64,000 nucleotides of DNA, from assembly GCA_028824015.1 (NCBI GenBank), contig JAPPFC010000051.1:4732-68731 (forward strand), read 5' to 3'. A model generated the notes under the pieces. It ran no database searches, had not been told where the DNA came from, and saw only the letters and a program-made list of their open reading frames with translations. The DNA is from a bacterium. Lineage in GTDB: Bacteria; Actinomycetota; Acidimicrobiia; Spongiisociales; ZC4RG35. Shown one piece after another: positions 25,153-34,754 of this stretch; the stretch's first letter is position 1; each line of letters begins with the position of its first letter. The position numbers and the translations under genes were made by a program.

Positions 25153-27735
25153 TCAGGGCGCGGGACGAAGCACCAGGGTGGATTCGCCCAGGGATTCCAC
25201 CGTATCCCGGTCCCAGGGGAGTGGTTGCATCTCGCCGGCCGCCCAAGGTTCCAGGAGGTCGTCGTAATGGGGGTGGTATGCATGGCCCGACTGACCCGGT
25301 ACATGGATGGATAGTGAGGCGTCGGGATCTCCCAGGTCTATCACCATCCGGAACGACGGCACCCCGTCTGTCTCGTAGCCCTCGGAGGCGATCCATTGCG
25401 TGGCGTTGACTGTCCCCGATCCGCCCGAGACGCTGTCGGTGTGCCGGTTGAAGACGGACTCGATCAGCGACACGCCCGATTCGCCCAGGCTGGCGTTGTT
25501 GAAGACTCCGGTGTGGATGTCGCCCCATCGCCAATCTTCCGGGTTGTCGCCCATCAACTCGACCAACTCGGCGTGGGCCGCTTCCAACGCGTCATGGAGC
25601 ACGAGGTCGCGCGTCTCCCGGCGCTCGGTTCCCGTACGATCCCACCAGGGGTCTTCAGGAGATTCGAGCAGGGCCCTCACCACCTCCATGAACCGGCTTC
25701 CCCCGTGGGCCTCGTGGCCTTCGGGAAGCTCGTCGAAGGTGAGGGCCAGGAGATGGCGCCACGTGGCCGCGTAGGCGGCGGCTGCCGCCGCTTCGGAATC
25801 CATCTGACCGGGTCGCTCCCCCTGCATCCACCCGGTCAGGAGGTCCTGCATCACCGCCACGTTCTCGCTCCCGGCTCCCACGGCTGCCAATGCGGGAACC
25901 AGGAAGGCGGCCGATGGATCCTGGTGGTCGAACTGTATTGCGCTCATCCCGGCGGTGTCCAGCGGGAGGGATCCGGCCAGCAGTTCGTGGATGCGCCGGG
26001 CTCGGTAGCCATAGTCGAAGTCACTGCCGATGTGGCGGACCAGGTCAGGCCGGGCGAGGGGTTGGTTGGCGGCCACCACCATCCCGGAGGGGGGATTCAA
26101 CGACCAGGGAAGGGTCTCGAAGGGCCAGAAGCCCTGCCAGTCGTACTGGCTCTCCCATCCCGGCGCGGGATAGCGTCCGTCGCCTGCCTCCCGCACCGGG
26201 ATCAGCCCCGTGGCCTGGTAGCCGATATTGCCGTCCGCATCGGCGTACACCATGTTCAGGGGCGCCATGTCGAAGAGAGCGGCCGCCGACCGGAACTCCT
26301 CCCAACTCCGTGCCAGAACCATCCCCAGCACCGCTTCCATGTTGCGGGTGGTTTGGAGGGCGGTCCATGCCAGAGATGCAGCGTAGGGGTCGGGTAGGTC
26401 CACCACCCCGTTTCCTTCCAGTTCGTCGACGGGATCGTATATCCCCGAGATCACCGGCCCGTGGTGTGTCTCCCTGATTGTGATCTCCACCGGATCGGCG
26501 TTGGCTACCTCGATGGTCTCGGTGCGGGTGGACATGGGGAGCCACTCGCCGTCCACCTCGTACAGGAGTGGGTCTTCGGGGTGAACTCGCTCGATGAAGA
26601 GGTCGGAGACGTCACCTCCCAGGTTGGTGAAGCCCCAGGCCAGAAATCCATTGTGCCCGACGGTGACCAGAGGCGTGCCCGGCAGGCTGAATCCGGCCGC
26701 CTCCACCGGGCAGGAGTCGCTCACGGGCCGGCAGTGGAGACCCACCCGGTACCAGATGGAGGGAGTCTGGCCCCCCAGATGGGGGTCGTTGGCCAGGAGT
26801 GGCGCTCCGGACACGGTGTGGCGGCCCGCCACGACCCAGGAGTTGGATCCTCGGCCCCGGTTGTCCAGGACGAGCCCGACGCGGTCGGCGCCCACGGGTA
26901 GGACTACCGCTTCCCCCAGGGCGTTGGAGGCCTCCCGAACCGACGGGGACGGCAGGGCCGCGCCGGTCGGCTGCGGCGATGATGGCGGTGGCTCCCACCC
27001 GGGAACGATCACCGGGTGACCTTCGGGATAGGCCGGCCACAGTTGGGAGACCCGTTCGATCGGTATCGACTCCGAGAGCACTGCTCGCTCGAGTTCGGAG
27101 ACGATGTTGGTCCGAAGGTCCCAGGCCACCACCTTGGCGAAGGCCAGCGTGTCGGTGGGTTTCCAGGGCATCGGCTGGTAGTCGGGGTTCTGGATTCCCA
27201 GGAAGGCGTACTCCAGGCTGATCTCCCATTTGCCCCGTTCGGCCAGGTAGGCGTTGACACCCTGGGCGTAGGCGTCCAGCAGGGATTGCATGAAGGGCGA
27301 AAGCGCCTGGTATTCGCGGACCGCTACCTGTTCCCACCCCAGGGTTCGCAGGAAGATATCGGCTTCCACCTGCGCCTCGCCGAACATCTCGGCGGTCCGC
27401 CCGGTGGCGACATGCCGGTAGAAGTCCATCTGCCAGAAGCGGTCCTGGGCTTCCACGAAGCCCTGCGCCATAACCAGGTCCGAAAAAGTGGACGCATAGA
27501 TGTGAGGTGTTCCGTGGCGGTCCCGGATGACGGTGGCCTCGGCGGTCAAGCCAGGCAACACCATCTCCCCGTCCACCTGGGGAAAGGACCGGCGGACCAC
27601 CAGCAGGACGGCGACGGCCAGTAGCGCCAGGCCCAGCGCGATCCATGGGCCGACGAGTCTCAGCAGACGGAGCGGGAGCGGGCGGCGGTCCCGGGTAGCC
27701 GGTTGTAGGTTGTCGGGAGACCGGGTGCCCCTCAA
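25153..27735 (-). CDS. Penicillin acylase family (peptidase S45, Ntn-hydrolase) protein
   Basis: RDRHGTPHIYA...AQGFVEAQDRFWQMD and the beta-chain nucleophile context GRGSNSWVV...LLANDPHL. The proposed TTG start at 27735 overlaps the ctaG-like stop (TTGA) and is followed by a TM/signal segment LVGPWIALGLALLAVAVLLVV. The track ORF extension to 28215 overlaps the ctaG-like gene and was rejected. Confidence 0.85.
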   Translation of the reverse strand: MRGTRSPDNLQPATRDRRPLPLRLLRLVGPWIALGLALLAVAVLLVVRRSFPQVDGEMVLPGLTAEATVIRDRHGTPHIYASTFSDLVMAQGFVEAQDRFWQMDFYRHVATGRTAEMFGEAQVEADIFLRTLGWEQVAVREYQALSPFMQSLLDAYAQGVNAYLAERGKWEISLEYAFLGIQNPDYQPMPWKPTDTLAFAKVVAWDLRTNIVSELERAVLSESIPIERVSQLWPAYPEGHPVIVPGWEPPPSSPQPTGAALPSPSVREASNALGEAVVLPVGADRVGLVLDNRGRGSNSWVVAGRHTVSGAPLLANDPHLGGQTPSIWYRVGLHCRPVSDSCPVEAAGFSLPGTPLVTVGHNGFLAWGFTNLGGDVSDLFIERVHPEDPLLYEVDGEWLPMSTRTETIEVANADPVEITIRETHHGPVISGIYDPVDELEGNGVVDLPDPYAASLAWTALQTTRNMEAVLGMVLARSWEEFRSAAALFDMAPLNMVYADADGNIGYQATGLIPVREAGDGRYPAPGWESQYDWQGFWPFETLPWSLNPPSGMVVAANQPLARPDLVRHIGSDFDYGYRARRIHELLAGSLPLDTAGMSAIQFDHQDPSAAFLVPALAAVGAGSENVAVMQDLLTGWMQGERPGQMDSEAAAAAAYAATWRHLLALTFDELPEGHEAHGGSRFMEVVRALLESPEDPWWDRTGTERRETRDLVLHDALEAAHAELVELMGDNPEDWRWGDIHTGVFNNASLGESGVSLIESVFNRHTDSVSGGSGTVNATQWIASEGYETDGVPSFRMVIDLGDPDASLSIHVPGQSGHAYHPHYDDLLEPWAAGEMQPLPWDRDTVESLGESTLVLRPAP

Positions 27736-28520
27736 CTCTCCACTCCCGAGGTGGGGGAGCGACGCAGGTCTCGCTCGATCGAGTCCCACCTCCGTTCCGA
27801 GGCGATCCACTTGAACCAGATCACCACGATCGTTCCCCACAGAAGCAGTCCGCCTCCAAGTTTCATTATCAGTCCTGCGATCTGGAGATCGGTGACCGTT
27901 GACATCCCAAACCGGGATGCTGAGTCGATGTACGACGGATACAGGGGTGAGCGGCTGAAGGTCAGGAAGGAAGCCGGAACGGTGGGGATGATGGAATGCA
28001 GGAACAGATAAAGCATCCGCAGGGGAGGATTCAGGCGGGGAATCAGCGGGGTGGGACTCACCACCGGGAGCCACATCAGGATCGAGACTCCGAACAACCA
28101 GAAGTGGGCCGCGAAGTGAAATAGGCTCGAGTTCACCATGGCTTCCACGATGGGCCGCCAGTGCATGCTCGCCAGGCTCAGGTGGAAGAGGAAGAAAGCG
28201 GGAAGCGGCCTGCACAGGCGGCGCAGGATGGTCAGTCCGCGAGGGGAGGCCAGGAGATGTTCAGCCATCCAGCGGGGGGCGCCCATCAGCATCAGGGGCG
28301 GGATCACCAGGGCCACCAGCATGTGCTCGACCATGTGCAGGCTGAAGAAGACCTGTTCCGCCAGGTCGTGGAAGGGCCAACTGGCGCTCCCGGCCAGAAG
28401 GGCGAGGGCCCCGAACCAGAGCCCCCGCTGGCGGGGTGTGGCGGACGGCATGGTGGGGGCTACCAGGGGGCGTATGCGCCGATCTGCGTGGAGGTAAAGC
28501 ACTCCCAGCGCCACCACCAC
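27732..28520 (-). CDS. ctaG: Cytochrome c oxidase assembly factor, Caa3_CtaG family
   Basis: Polytopic, with HMVEHMLVALVIPPLMLMGAP and other Caa3_CtaG-like blocks. The family-like N-terminal sequence (LPAWHPHWDVLA) continues upstream of the first canonical start, so the 5' end may extend to about 28562. Confidence 0.8.
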   Translation of the reverse strand: MVVALGVLYLHADRRIRPLVAPTMPSATPRQRGLWFGALALLAGSASWPFHDLAEQVFFSLHMVEHMLVALVIPPLMLMGAPRWMAEHLLASPRGLTILRRLCRPLPAFFLFHLSLASMHWRPIVEAMVNSSLFHFAAHFWLFGVSILMWLPVVSPTPLIPRLNPPLRMLYLFLHSIIPTVPASFLTFSRSPLYPSYIDSASRFGMSTVTDLQIAGLIMKLGGGLLLWGTIVVIWFKWIASERRWDSIERDLRRSPTSGVES

Positions 28521-28558
28521 CGCCAGGACATCCCAGTGAGGATGCCAAGCCGGCAGGG

Positions 28559-28873
28559 TCAGCTTCCCAGTGCTATAACGCCGAAGGCCAGGAGCACGAT
28601 CGCATACAGGACCATTGCCAGGATGAATCCCGCGGTGAAGAACTTGGAGAGGGTTGAATCCTCAAAACGCAAGTGCATGTACCACCCGACCACGATCACG
28701 AATTTGATGAACGCCAGAATGATCAAGAGCGGAGCGTCCCAGCCACCCATGTCCGCCGCCTCGTTCACGTAGAAGAGCGCGACTTCGATGATGGTCAGCA
28801 CCGCCAGCAGGATGGCGATCTTCACATATTGGAGTGGCGTCGGATGATGGTGATCGCCGGGGTGGGCAGCCAT
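28559..28873 (-). CDS. ctaF: Cytochrome c oxidase subunit IV (prokaryotic COX4_pro / Bacillus CtaF type)
   Basis: 104 aa, 3 TM. YVKIAILLAVLTIIEV...FIKFVIVVGWYMHLRFE signature. Confidence 0.8.
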   Translation of the reverse strand: MAAHPGDHHHPTPLQYVKIAILLAVLTIIEVALFYVNEAADMGGWDAPLLIILAFIKFVIVVGWYMHLRFEDSTLSKFFTAGFILAMVLYAIVLLAFGVIALGS

Positions 28874-28875
28874 TG

Positions 28876-29502
28876 TCAGCCAACTCCCGCCGGGACGCTG
28901 GCCAGCAGATAGACCACGGTGAAGATCACGATCCAGATTATGTCCACGAAGTGCCAGTAGAGACCTACCAACTCCAGGTTCAGCCCGGAGGCTTCCGACA
29001 GTTCCCCCTGGCGGCGGGAGATCCCGTACAAGGTGAGGAGCATCAGGATTCCCAACAGCACGTGGAAGCCGTGGAAGCCGGTGAGCATGTAGAAGGCCGA
29101 GGCAGCGGGGTTGGTGGTCAGTTTCATCGCGCCGACCGTGATGAACTCGGTGAACTCGAAGACCTGCCCGCCCAGGAAGACCGAGCCGAGCATGGCGGTG
29201 GCCAGGAGCCAGGTGCGGGTGGCGTGCTGGTCATGGCGCGCCAGGGCATTGTGGGCCAAAACCATGGTCAAGGAACTCATGAGCAGGGCGAAGGAGGAGA
29301 ACGACGTGAAGGGAATGTCGTAGATCTCGGCCGGGTAGGGACGGGCGAAGCCGGCCTGTCCCTGATAGAGGAGGTAGTTGGTGATTAAGGCGCCGAAAAA
29401 CAGGAACTCGGAGCTTAGAAACACCCACATTCCCAGCTTGCGGTGGTCGATGCCGGTTGACTCGTGCTGGTCGTGGTGATCCATTGCGGCCGCCGCATCC
29501 AT
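28876..29502 (-). CDS. ctaE: Cytochrome c oxidase subunit III
   Basis: KLGMWVFLSSEFLFFGALI...FHGFHVLLG...YWHFVDIIWIVIF. Confidence 0.9.
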   Translation of the reverse strand: MDAAAAMDHHDQHESTGIDHRKLGMWVFLSSEFLFFGALITNYLLYQGQAGFARPYPAEIYDIPFTSFSSFALLMSSLTMVLAHNALARHDQHATRTWLLATAMLGSVFLGGQVFEFTEFITVGAMKLTTNPAASAFYMLTGFHGFHVLLGILMLLTLYGISRRQGELSEASGLNLELVGLYWHFVDIIWIVIFTVVYLLASVPAGVG

Positions 29503-31532
29503 CAGTCGTCGACCTCCACAGAGGAGTACCCGCCTCCCAAAGGATCGGAATCGTCATGCTCGTCGTGGGGCTCCTCAAGGGGTTCCATGCTCCAGCCGAA
29601 AGAAGCGGAGGCCACCACCAGGACTCCGACCAGAATCAGGAGTTTCCCCACGAAAGAGGTGTGGTAGATGATCCCCCATCCCACCAGGGGTATCCCCGCC
29701 GCCAGCAATATGGGGTAGTAGGAGGGAGCGGGAAGATGGATGGGGTGGGGCGGGTCTATCCCGGTCTCCATCAGGTCGGTGAGTGTCTCCTCGGCCTCCG
29801 GCCTGCGGACCGGTCTCCCCTCGGAGTCTTCGGCGTACTTCTTGTGCCAGAAGTCGTCGAGACCGGTAACCGTGGGCGCTACCCCGAAGTTGTATTCGGG
29901 GGTGGGATTGGGGGTGGTCCATTCGACGGTTCGCGCATCCCATGGGTCTATTCCCGAGGGCTCACCGTGTTTCTTCGACCTCCACCAGTTGAACATGAAG
30001 ATCAGGACGCCGGCGGCGATTATGAAGGCTCCGACGGTGGCCACCAGGTTCCAGAAGTCGAATCCCGCCTCGGGCGGATAGTAGGCGGTGCGCCGCACCA
30101 TGCCTTGCAGGCCCAACCAGTGCATGGGCGCGAAGGTGAGGTTGAACCCGGTGAACATCGTCCAGAAATTGAGCTTCCCGAGTTTCTCGTTGAGCAACCG
30201 GCCGGTCATCTTGGGGAACCAGTAGTAGAGCCCGGAGAAGATCCCGAACACCGACCCCCCGAACAACACGTAATGGAAGTGGGCCACGATGTAGTAGGTG
30301 TCGGTCTGCTGCCAGTCGGAGGGAACCACGGCGTGGGTTACGCCGGACAACCCCCCGATCACGAACATCGCCACGAATCCGATGGCGAACAGCATGGGCG
30401 TGGTGAACTTTATCCGACCTCCCCACATGGTGCCCATCCAGTTGAAGATCTTGACCCCGGTCGGAACCGCGATCGTCATGGTGGAGAGCCCGAAGGCGGC
30501 CTGGGCCACCGGGCTGATCCCGGACGCGAACATGTGGTGGGCCCACACTCCGAAACCAAGGAAGGCGATGGCCGCCCCGGCGAACACCACCGCCGCGTAC
30601 CCGAAGAGCGGTTTCTTGCTGAACACCGGTAGGACCTCGGAGACGATCCCCATGGCCGGGAGGATCAGGATGTAGACCTCGGGGTGACCGAACAGCCAGA
30701 ACAGGTGCTGCCAGAGTATTGGATCTCCGCCGGCCTCGGCCACGAAGAACAGGCTTCCGAACTGACGGTCGAACGTCACCATGAACAGGGCGATGGCGAT
30801 GATGGGAAGGGAGAACAGCAGGAGGAGGGCGACCACCAGGCTCATCCACACGAACACCGGCATGCGCAGAAGTCGCATTCCCAGCGCTCGCATGTTGAAG
30901 ATGGTGACGATGAAGTTGACCGACGAGATGAGCGACGCCAAGCCCAGGAACTGGACGCCCAGCGCCCAGTAGTCCATGGCCGTCCCGGGTGAGTAGAAGG
31001 GACCGGCGTTGGGCTGGTACCCGAACCAGCCGCCATCCGGCATCCCGCCCAGGACGGTGTTGTCCGCCGGGTCCAGGTTGCCCGCCACTCCCTCCACGCC
31101 GACGGGCGCCGCAGGGTCGCTGAAGACCAGCACGGAGTAGAGAAAGATCCCGGCGAAGAGGAAAATCCACCAGGACAGAGCGTTCATCCGGGGGAAGGCC
31201 ACGTCCCGGGCGCCGATCATCAGCGGGAGCAGGTAGTTGATGAAGGCGGCGGAGATGGGCATGACGAACAGGAACACCATGGTGGTCCCGTGCATGGTGA
31301 AGGCCGCGTTGTACTCGGCGGCGGTCAGGAAGGTGTTGTCGGCCGCCGAGAGCTGGATTCGCAATAGGAGGGCCTCCAAGCCTCCGACCAGGAAGAAGAT
31401 GAACGCCGCATAGCCGTACATGATCCCGATCTTCTTGTGATCGGCGGTCGTGATCCACGCCCAGAATCCCGTGGTGGAACGAGGTCTGCGGAAGATGGTT
31501 GTGGCGGGGCGGCGCTCGGCGGTGGCGGTCAT
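29502..31532 (-). CDS. ctaD: Cytochrome c oxidase subunit I (A1-type, long form with two extra C-terminal helices)
   Basis: TTADHKKIGIMY, WLFGHPEVYILILP, WAHHMF and HFHYVLFGG. 676 aa. Confidence 0.95.
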   Translation of the reverse strand: MTATAERRPATTIFRRPRSTTGFWAWITTADHKKIGIMYGYAAFIFFLVGGLEALLLRIQLSAADNTFLTAAEYNAAFTMHGTTMVFLFVMPISAAFINYLLPLMIGARDVAFPRMNALSWWIFLFAGIFLYSVLVFSDPAAPVGVEGVAGNLDPADNTVLGGMPDGGWFGYQPNAGPFYSPGTAMDYWALGVQFLGLASLISSVNFIVTIFNMRALGMRLLRMPVFVWMSLVVALLLLFSLPIIAIALFMVTFDRQFGSLFFVAEAGGDPILWQHLFWLFGHPEVYILILPAMGIVSEVLPVFSKKPLFGYAAVVFAGAAIAFLGFGVWAHHMFASGISPVAQAAFGLSTMTIAVPTGVKIFNWMGTMWGGRIKFTTPMLFAIGFVAMFVIGGLSGVTHAVVPSDWQQTDTYYIVAHFHYVLFGGSVFGIFSGLYYWFPKMTGRLLNEKLGKLNFWTMFTGFNLTFAPMHWLGLQGMVRRTAYYPPEAGFDFWNLVATVGAFIIAAGVLIFMFNWWRSKKHGEPSGIDPWDARTVEWTTPNPTPEYNFGVAPTVTGLDDFWHKKYAEDSEGRPVRRPEAEETLTDLMETGIDPPHPIHLPAPSYYPILLAAGIPLVGWGIIYHTSFVGKLLILVGVLVVASASFGWSMEPLEEPHDEHDDSDPLGGGYSSVEVDD

Positions 31533-31605
31533 GTGGAGGACTCCGGCCTGGCTGTTGGCGAAGGGACTTTCTCGGGAGCGGGTGTGCTCAGATGCAAGTT
31601 TACGC

Positions 31606-32685
31606 TCACTTCAGGGTGTCCAGCCATGCGATCAGATCTTCTATCTCCTGGTGGGTGAGATCCAGGTTGGGCATGAAGGATCCGGGTTTGACCTTGGGAG
31701 GGTTGGCCAGCCACTCCCGCAGCCCGTCCGACCAGGACTGGCCCTCGCGGGGAAGGATGGCGCCGGCGAACACGCTCCGGGAAGCGAAGTGGGTGAGATT
31801 CGGCCCGTTGAAAAACTCGTCCGCCACCAGGTTGGTGCCCTGGTAGTCAGGCCCGTAGTCCACCGTGTGGCACTGGGTGCATCCCTGTTCCTGGAATACC
31901 CTCAAGCCGGCCTCTGCCGGAGTCTCGGGTTCGGGTGGGACCGCGTATTGCTGCTGTTCCGCCACCCAGGCGTCGAAGTCGGCCTGGGTCATCGAGATCA
32001 CCCTGGCCCTCATCAGCGAATGGGAGAGCCCGCAGAACTCGGCGCAGTGTCCCCAGTACTCAGCGGGCTCATCAGCCTGCAGCCTGAGAGTGGTTTCCTG
32101 GCCTGGAACCAGGTAGCGCTTCCCCATCAGGTGGGGGACCCAATAGTTGTGAAGCACGTCGGCCGACGTCATGTAGGCGCAGACCTCCCGGTCGATGGGC
32201 ATCGCCAGCACGCTGGCGGACTCGATCCCGTGTTCGGGGTACCGGTACTCGAACCACCACTGATGCCCGATGATCTCCACCGGCATGGCGTCGTCGCCGC
32301 ATTCGGTCAGGTCGAACACCCCCTGGATGGTCGGGACCGCGATCACGGTCAGTATCAGGGCGGGGATGATGGTCCAGGTGATCTCCAGCTTGTTGTTGCC
32401 GTGAATCTGGCGGGGGTCCTTTCGTCCCTCCCTGTCGCGAAAGAGGAGGACTATGAGAAGGATCCCTCCCTCGACCACCACGAAAATGACCACCGCGATC
32501 CAGAACACCTGCCAGAACACCGCGTCGATCCGCTCGGCGAAGGGCCCGGCGGGCTCGAAGGTGGTGAGAGGGGCGTCCTCTATCTCCACCAGGCTGCAGG
32601 CGGCTAGGCCGAAGACCGTTAAGGCAACCAGCGATCCCCATCTGATGAGTGGTCGTATGAGCCGCCCCAGGTGCCGCCAGATCAT
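31606..32685 (-). CDS. ctaC: Cytochrome c oxidase subunit II with fused C-terminal cytochrome c (caa3 type)
   Basis: Lipobox GLAAC. CuA motif HCAEFCGLSHSLM. C-terminal CTQCH heme c domain. Confidence 0.9.
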   Translation of the reverse strand: MIWRHLGRLIRPLIRWGSLVALTVFGLAACSLVEIEDAPLTTFEPAGPFAERIDAVFWQVFWIAVVIFVVVEGGILLIVLLFRDREGRKDPRQIHGNNKLEITWTIIPALILTVIAVPTIQGVFDLTECGDDAMPVEIIGHQWWFEYRYPEHGIESASVLAMPIDREVCAYMTSADVLHNYWVPHLMGKRYLVPGQETTLRLQADEPAEYWGHCAEFCGLSHSLMRARVISMTQADFDAWVAEQQQYAVPPEPETPAEAGLRVFQEQGCTQCHTVDYGPDYQGTNLVADEFFNGPNLTHFASRSVFAGAILPREGQSWSDGLREWLANPPKVKPGSFMPNLDLTHQEIEDLIAWLDTLK

Positions 32686-32800
32686 ATAGGCCAGATGATA
32701 CGATCTGCGCCTGCTCTTCCCAATCCGGGGCGCAGCCGACTCATCATGTGAGCGCTGTCGGAGTGGCGGGGTGATAGCGGGTTGCTACGCTGGAAACAGG

Positions 32801-33811
32801 ATGGTGAATGACAATGGCCGGTCCTTGGTGAGCCTGGAGGATGTGGTCATGCACTATCCGGTCAGGATGGAGGGGATAGTGGGACGTCGGCGCCAGTTGA
32901 GGGCGGTCGACGGAATCAGCTTCTCTATCTCCGAAGGGGAGGCTCTGGGGCTGGTGGGGGAGTCGGGCTGCGGAAAATCCACGGTAGCGAGGCTGATGAT
33001 GCGCCTGCTGACCCCTACCAGCGGTCGGGTTGTGTTCATGGGCCGGGACATCACCGACCTGGGGAGACGGGAGATGCGACCCCTGCGTCGCCACATGCAG
33101 ATCGTCTTCCAGGATCCATTCGCTTCCCTGAATCCCGGCATGAAGGCCGGAGAAATCGTGGCCGAGCCCCTGGTGGTCCACGAAGGGCGGCGTCCCGACT
33201 CCGGGAGAGTGGCAGACCTGTTGGAACTGGTGGGATTGCATCCCGGCGACGCCCAGAAGTATCCCCACGAGTTCTCGGGAGGCCAGCGCCAGCGCATCAG
33301 CATTGCCCGGGCGCTGGCGCTGCGGCCCAAGCTCCTGGTGTTGGACGAGCCGGTGTCGGCATTGGATGTCTCCATCCAGGCGCAGATCATCAATCTCCTG
33401 ATCGAGTTGAAGCAAAACTTGGGGTTGGCCTATCTGTTCATCGCCCACGATCTGTCAGTGGTCCGTCATGTGTGCGAACGGGTGGCTGTCATGTACCTGG
33501 GGAGGATCGTCGAGTCGGGTGATCGGGATGAGGTGTTCTCCCGGCCCTGCCATCCCTACACCCAGGCCCTGGTGTCGGCGGTTCCGGTTCCCGAGCCGTT
33601 CTCTCGTGCGGAAAGGAGCCGCATCCTCCTGGCGGGCGACGTGCCGAGTCCTCTCCATCCACCTTCGGCTTGTCGGTTCCGGACCCGGTGCTGGAAGGCC
33701 CAGGAACTGTGCGCAACCGAGACGCCCGCGCTGGAACATCGCCTGGCCGGAAGCGGGAGAGCGGCGTGTCACTTTCCCGAGCAGGTAGAAGCAATCGGAA
33801 CACATCCATGA
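32801..33811 (+). CDS. Dpp/Opp-type ABC transporter ATP-binding protein (F-type)
   Basis: Walker A GESGCGKST, signature FSGGQRQRISIARAL, Walker B LLVLDEP and the C-terminal oligopeptide-type extension PCHPYTQALVSAVP...CRFRTRC. Start could also be GTG 32771. Confidence 0.85.
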   Translation: MVNDNGRSLVSLEDVVMHYPVRMEGIVGRRRQLRAVDGISFSISEGEALGLVGESGCGKSTVARLMMRLLTPTSGRVVFMGRDITDLGRREMRPLRRHMQIVFQDPFASLNPGMKAGEIVAEPLVVHEGRRPDSGRVADLLELVGLHPGDAQKYPHEFSGGQRQRISIARALALRPKLLVLDEPVSALDVSIQAQIINLLIELKQNLGLAYLFIAHDLSVVRHVCERVAVMYLGRIVESGDRDEVFSRPCHPYTQALVSAVPVPEPFSRAERSRILLAGDVPSPLHPPSACRFRTRCWKAQELCATETPALEHRLAGSGRAACHFPEQVEAIGTHP

Positions 33812-34737
33812 TCCGACTTCGAACCGCTCATCTCGAGGTGAGGGTCGATGAGAGGAAGGGAGCGGAAATCCTCTGGTTGGGCCGGCCGGGGGGGCGAAAC
33901 CGCCTTGCTTGGGTCGACTCCGATTGGCCTTTGCGCGCCTCCCGAGGCGCCTCCTATTACTCCTCCGACCTCGATTGGCTGTCCGAACACCGGGGCGGGT
34001 GGCAAGAGATGTTCCCCAACGCAGGAGCAGGCTGCACGGTGGCGGGCGTCACCCACCCCGTTCACGGTGAAGCATCCCTGGCGCCCTGGGAGATTCTGGA
34101 GAGTTCGCGTGACCGCCAGGTCACCTTACGCTGCTATACCCACATCCCGTTGGTTCTGATCCGCAAGATGAGTCTCGATCCGGAGAGCCCCAGCCTTCAC
34201 CTGGAGGAGGAGGTCCACAATCCGTCGGATATGGACTTTCACTACTTGTGGGGCCATCACCCCACCTTCGCGGCGCCGCCGGGCACCCGCCTGGTCATGA
34301 AGGGGGCCCGTCTGGAGGTTCCGGGACTGGGAGTACCTGAGGACGACCTGTCACCGGGAGGCCGCTACTCGTGGCCATGGGTACAGGACCGCGACGGTGA
34401 GCCGGTTGACCTGGGTGAGATGCCCCGCCAGCCCGTGGAGCGTTTGGCGTATCTGACGGACGTTCCCGAACCAGCCTGCCACATCCTGCGATCCGACACT
34501 GCAGACCGGTTGACTTTCGAATGGTCGGCGGACGCCTTTCCCTATGCCTGGTTGTGGATAAACCGGCAGGCTTCCCGTTTCCCCTGGTTTGGCCGGCTCA
34601 GTTCGATGGCGGTTGAGCCGGTGAACGCCTGGCCGGCCGATGGGCTGGCTGCCGCCATGGACCGAGGCCAGGCGCCGGTGGTCAGGGGTGGAGAGACCCA
34701 TAAGGCATGGTTGAGCGTGCGGCTCAGCGATCTATGA
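33808..34737 (+). CDS. Aldose-1-epimerase (galactose mutarotase)-like fold protein
   Basis: 309 aa. The ATG overlaps the ABC ATPase stop (ATGA). The pattern GGWQEMFPNAG...HGEASLAPWE...HNPSD...YLWGHHPTF resembles mutarotase-like domain proteins. Assignment is by eye. Confidence 0.55.
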   Translation: MIRLRTAHLEVRVDERKGAEILWLGRPGGRNRLAWVDSDWPLRASRGASYYSSDLDWLSEHRGGWQEMFPNAGAGCTVAGVTHPVHGEASLAPWEILESSRDRQVTLRCYTHIPLVLIRKMSLDPESPSLHLEEEVHNPSDMDFHYLWGHHPTFAAPPGTRLVMKGARLEVPGLGVPEDDLSPGGRYSWPWVQDRDGEPVDLGEMPRQPVERLAYLTDVPEPACHILRSDTADRLTFEWSADAFPYAWLWINRQASRFPWFGRLSSMAVEPVNAWPADGLAAAMDRGQAPVVRGGETHKAWLSVRLSDL

Positions 34738-34754
34738 AAGGAGATGAAATTGAG

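Noticed and set aside
23549-25534. 661-aa ORF on the minus strand
   Set aside because: It is antisense to the Pro/Ala-linker membrane protein and spans a gene boundary. The translation is R/G/H/P-rich nonsense, while the plus-strand product has coherent TM segments.
27736-28215. N-terminal 160 codons of the 1020-aa 'acylase' ORF
   Set aside because: This part overlaps the ctaG-like gene out of frame, is P/S/R-rich and precedes the obvious signal/TM segment. The acylase more plausibly starts at TTG 27735.
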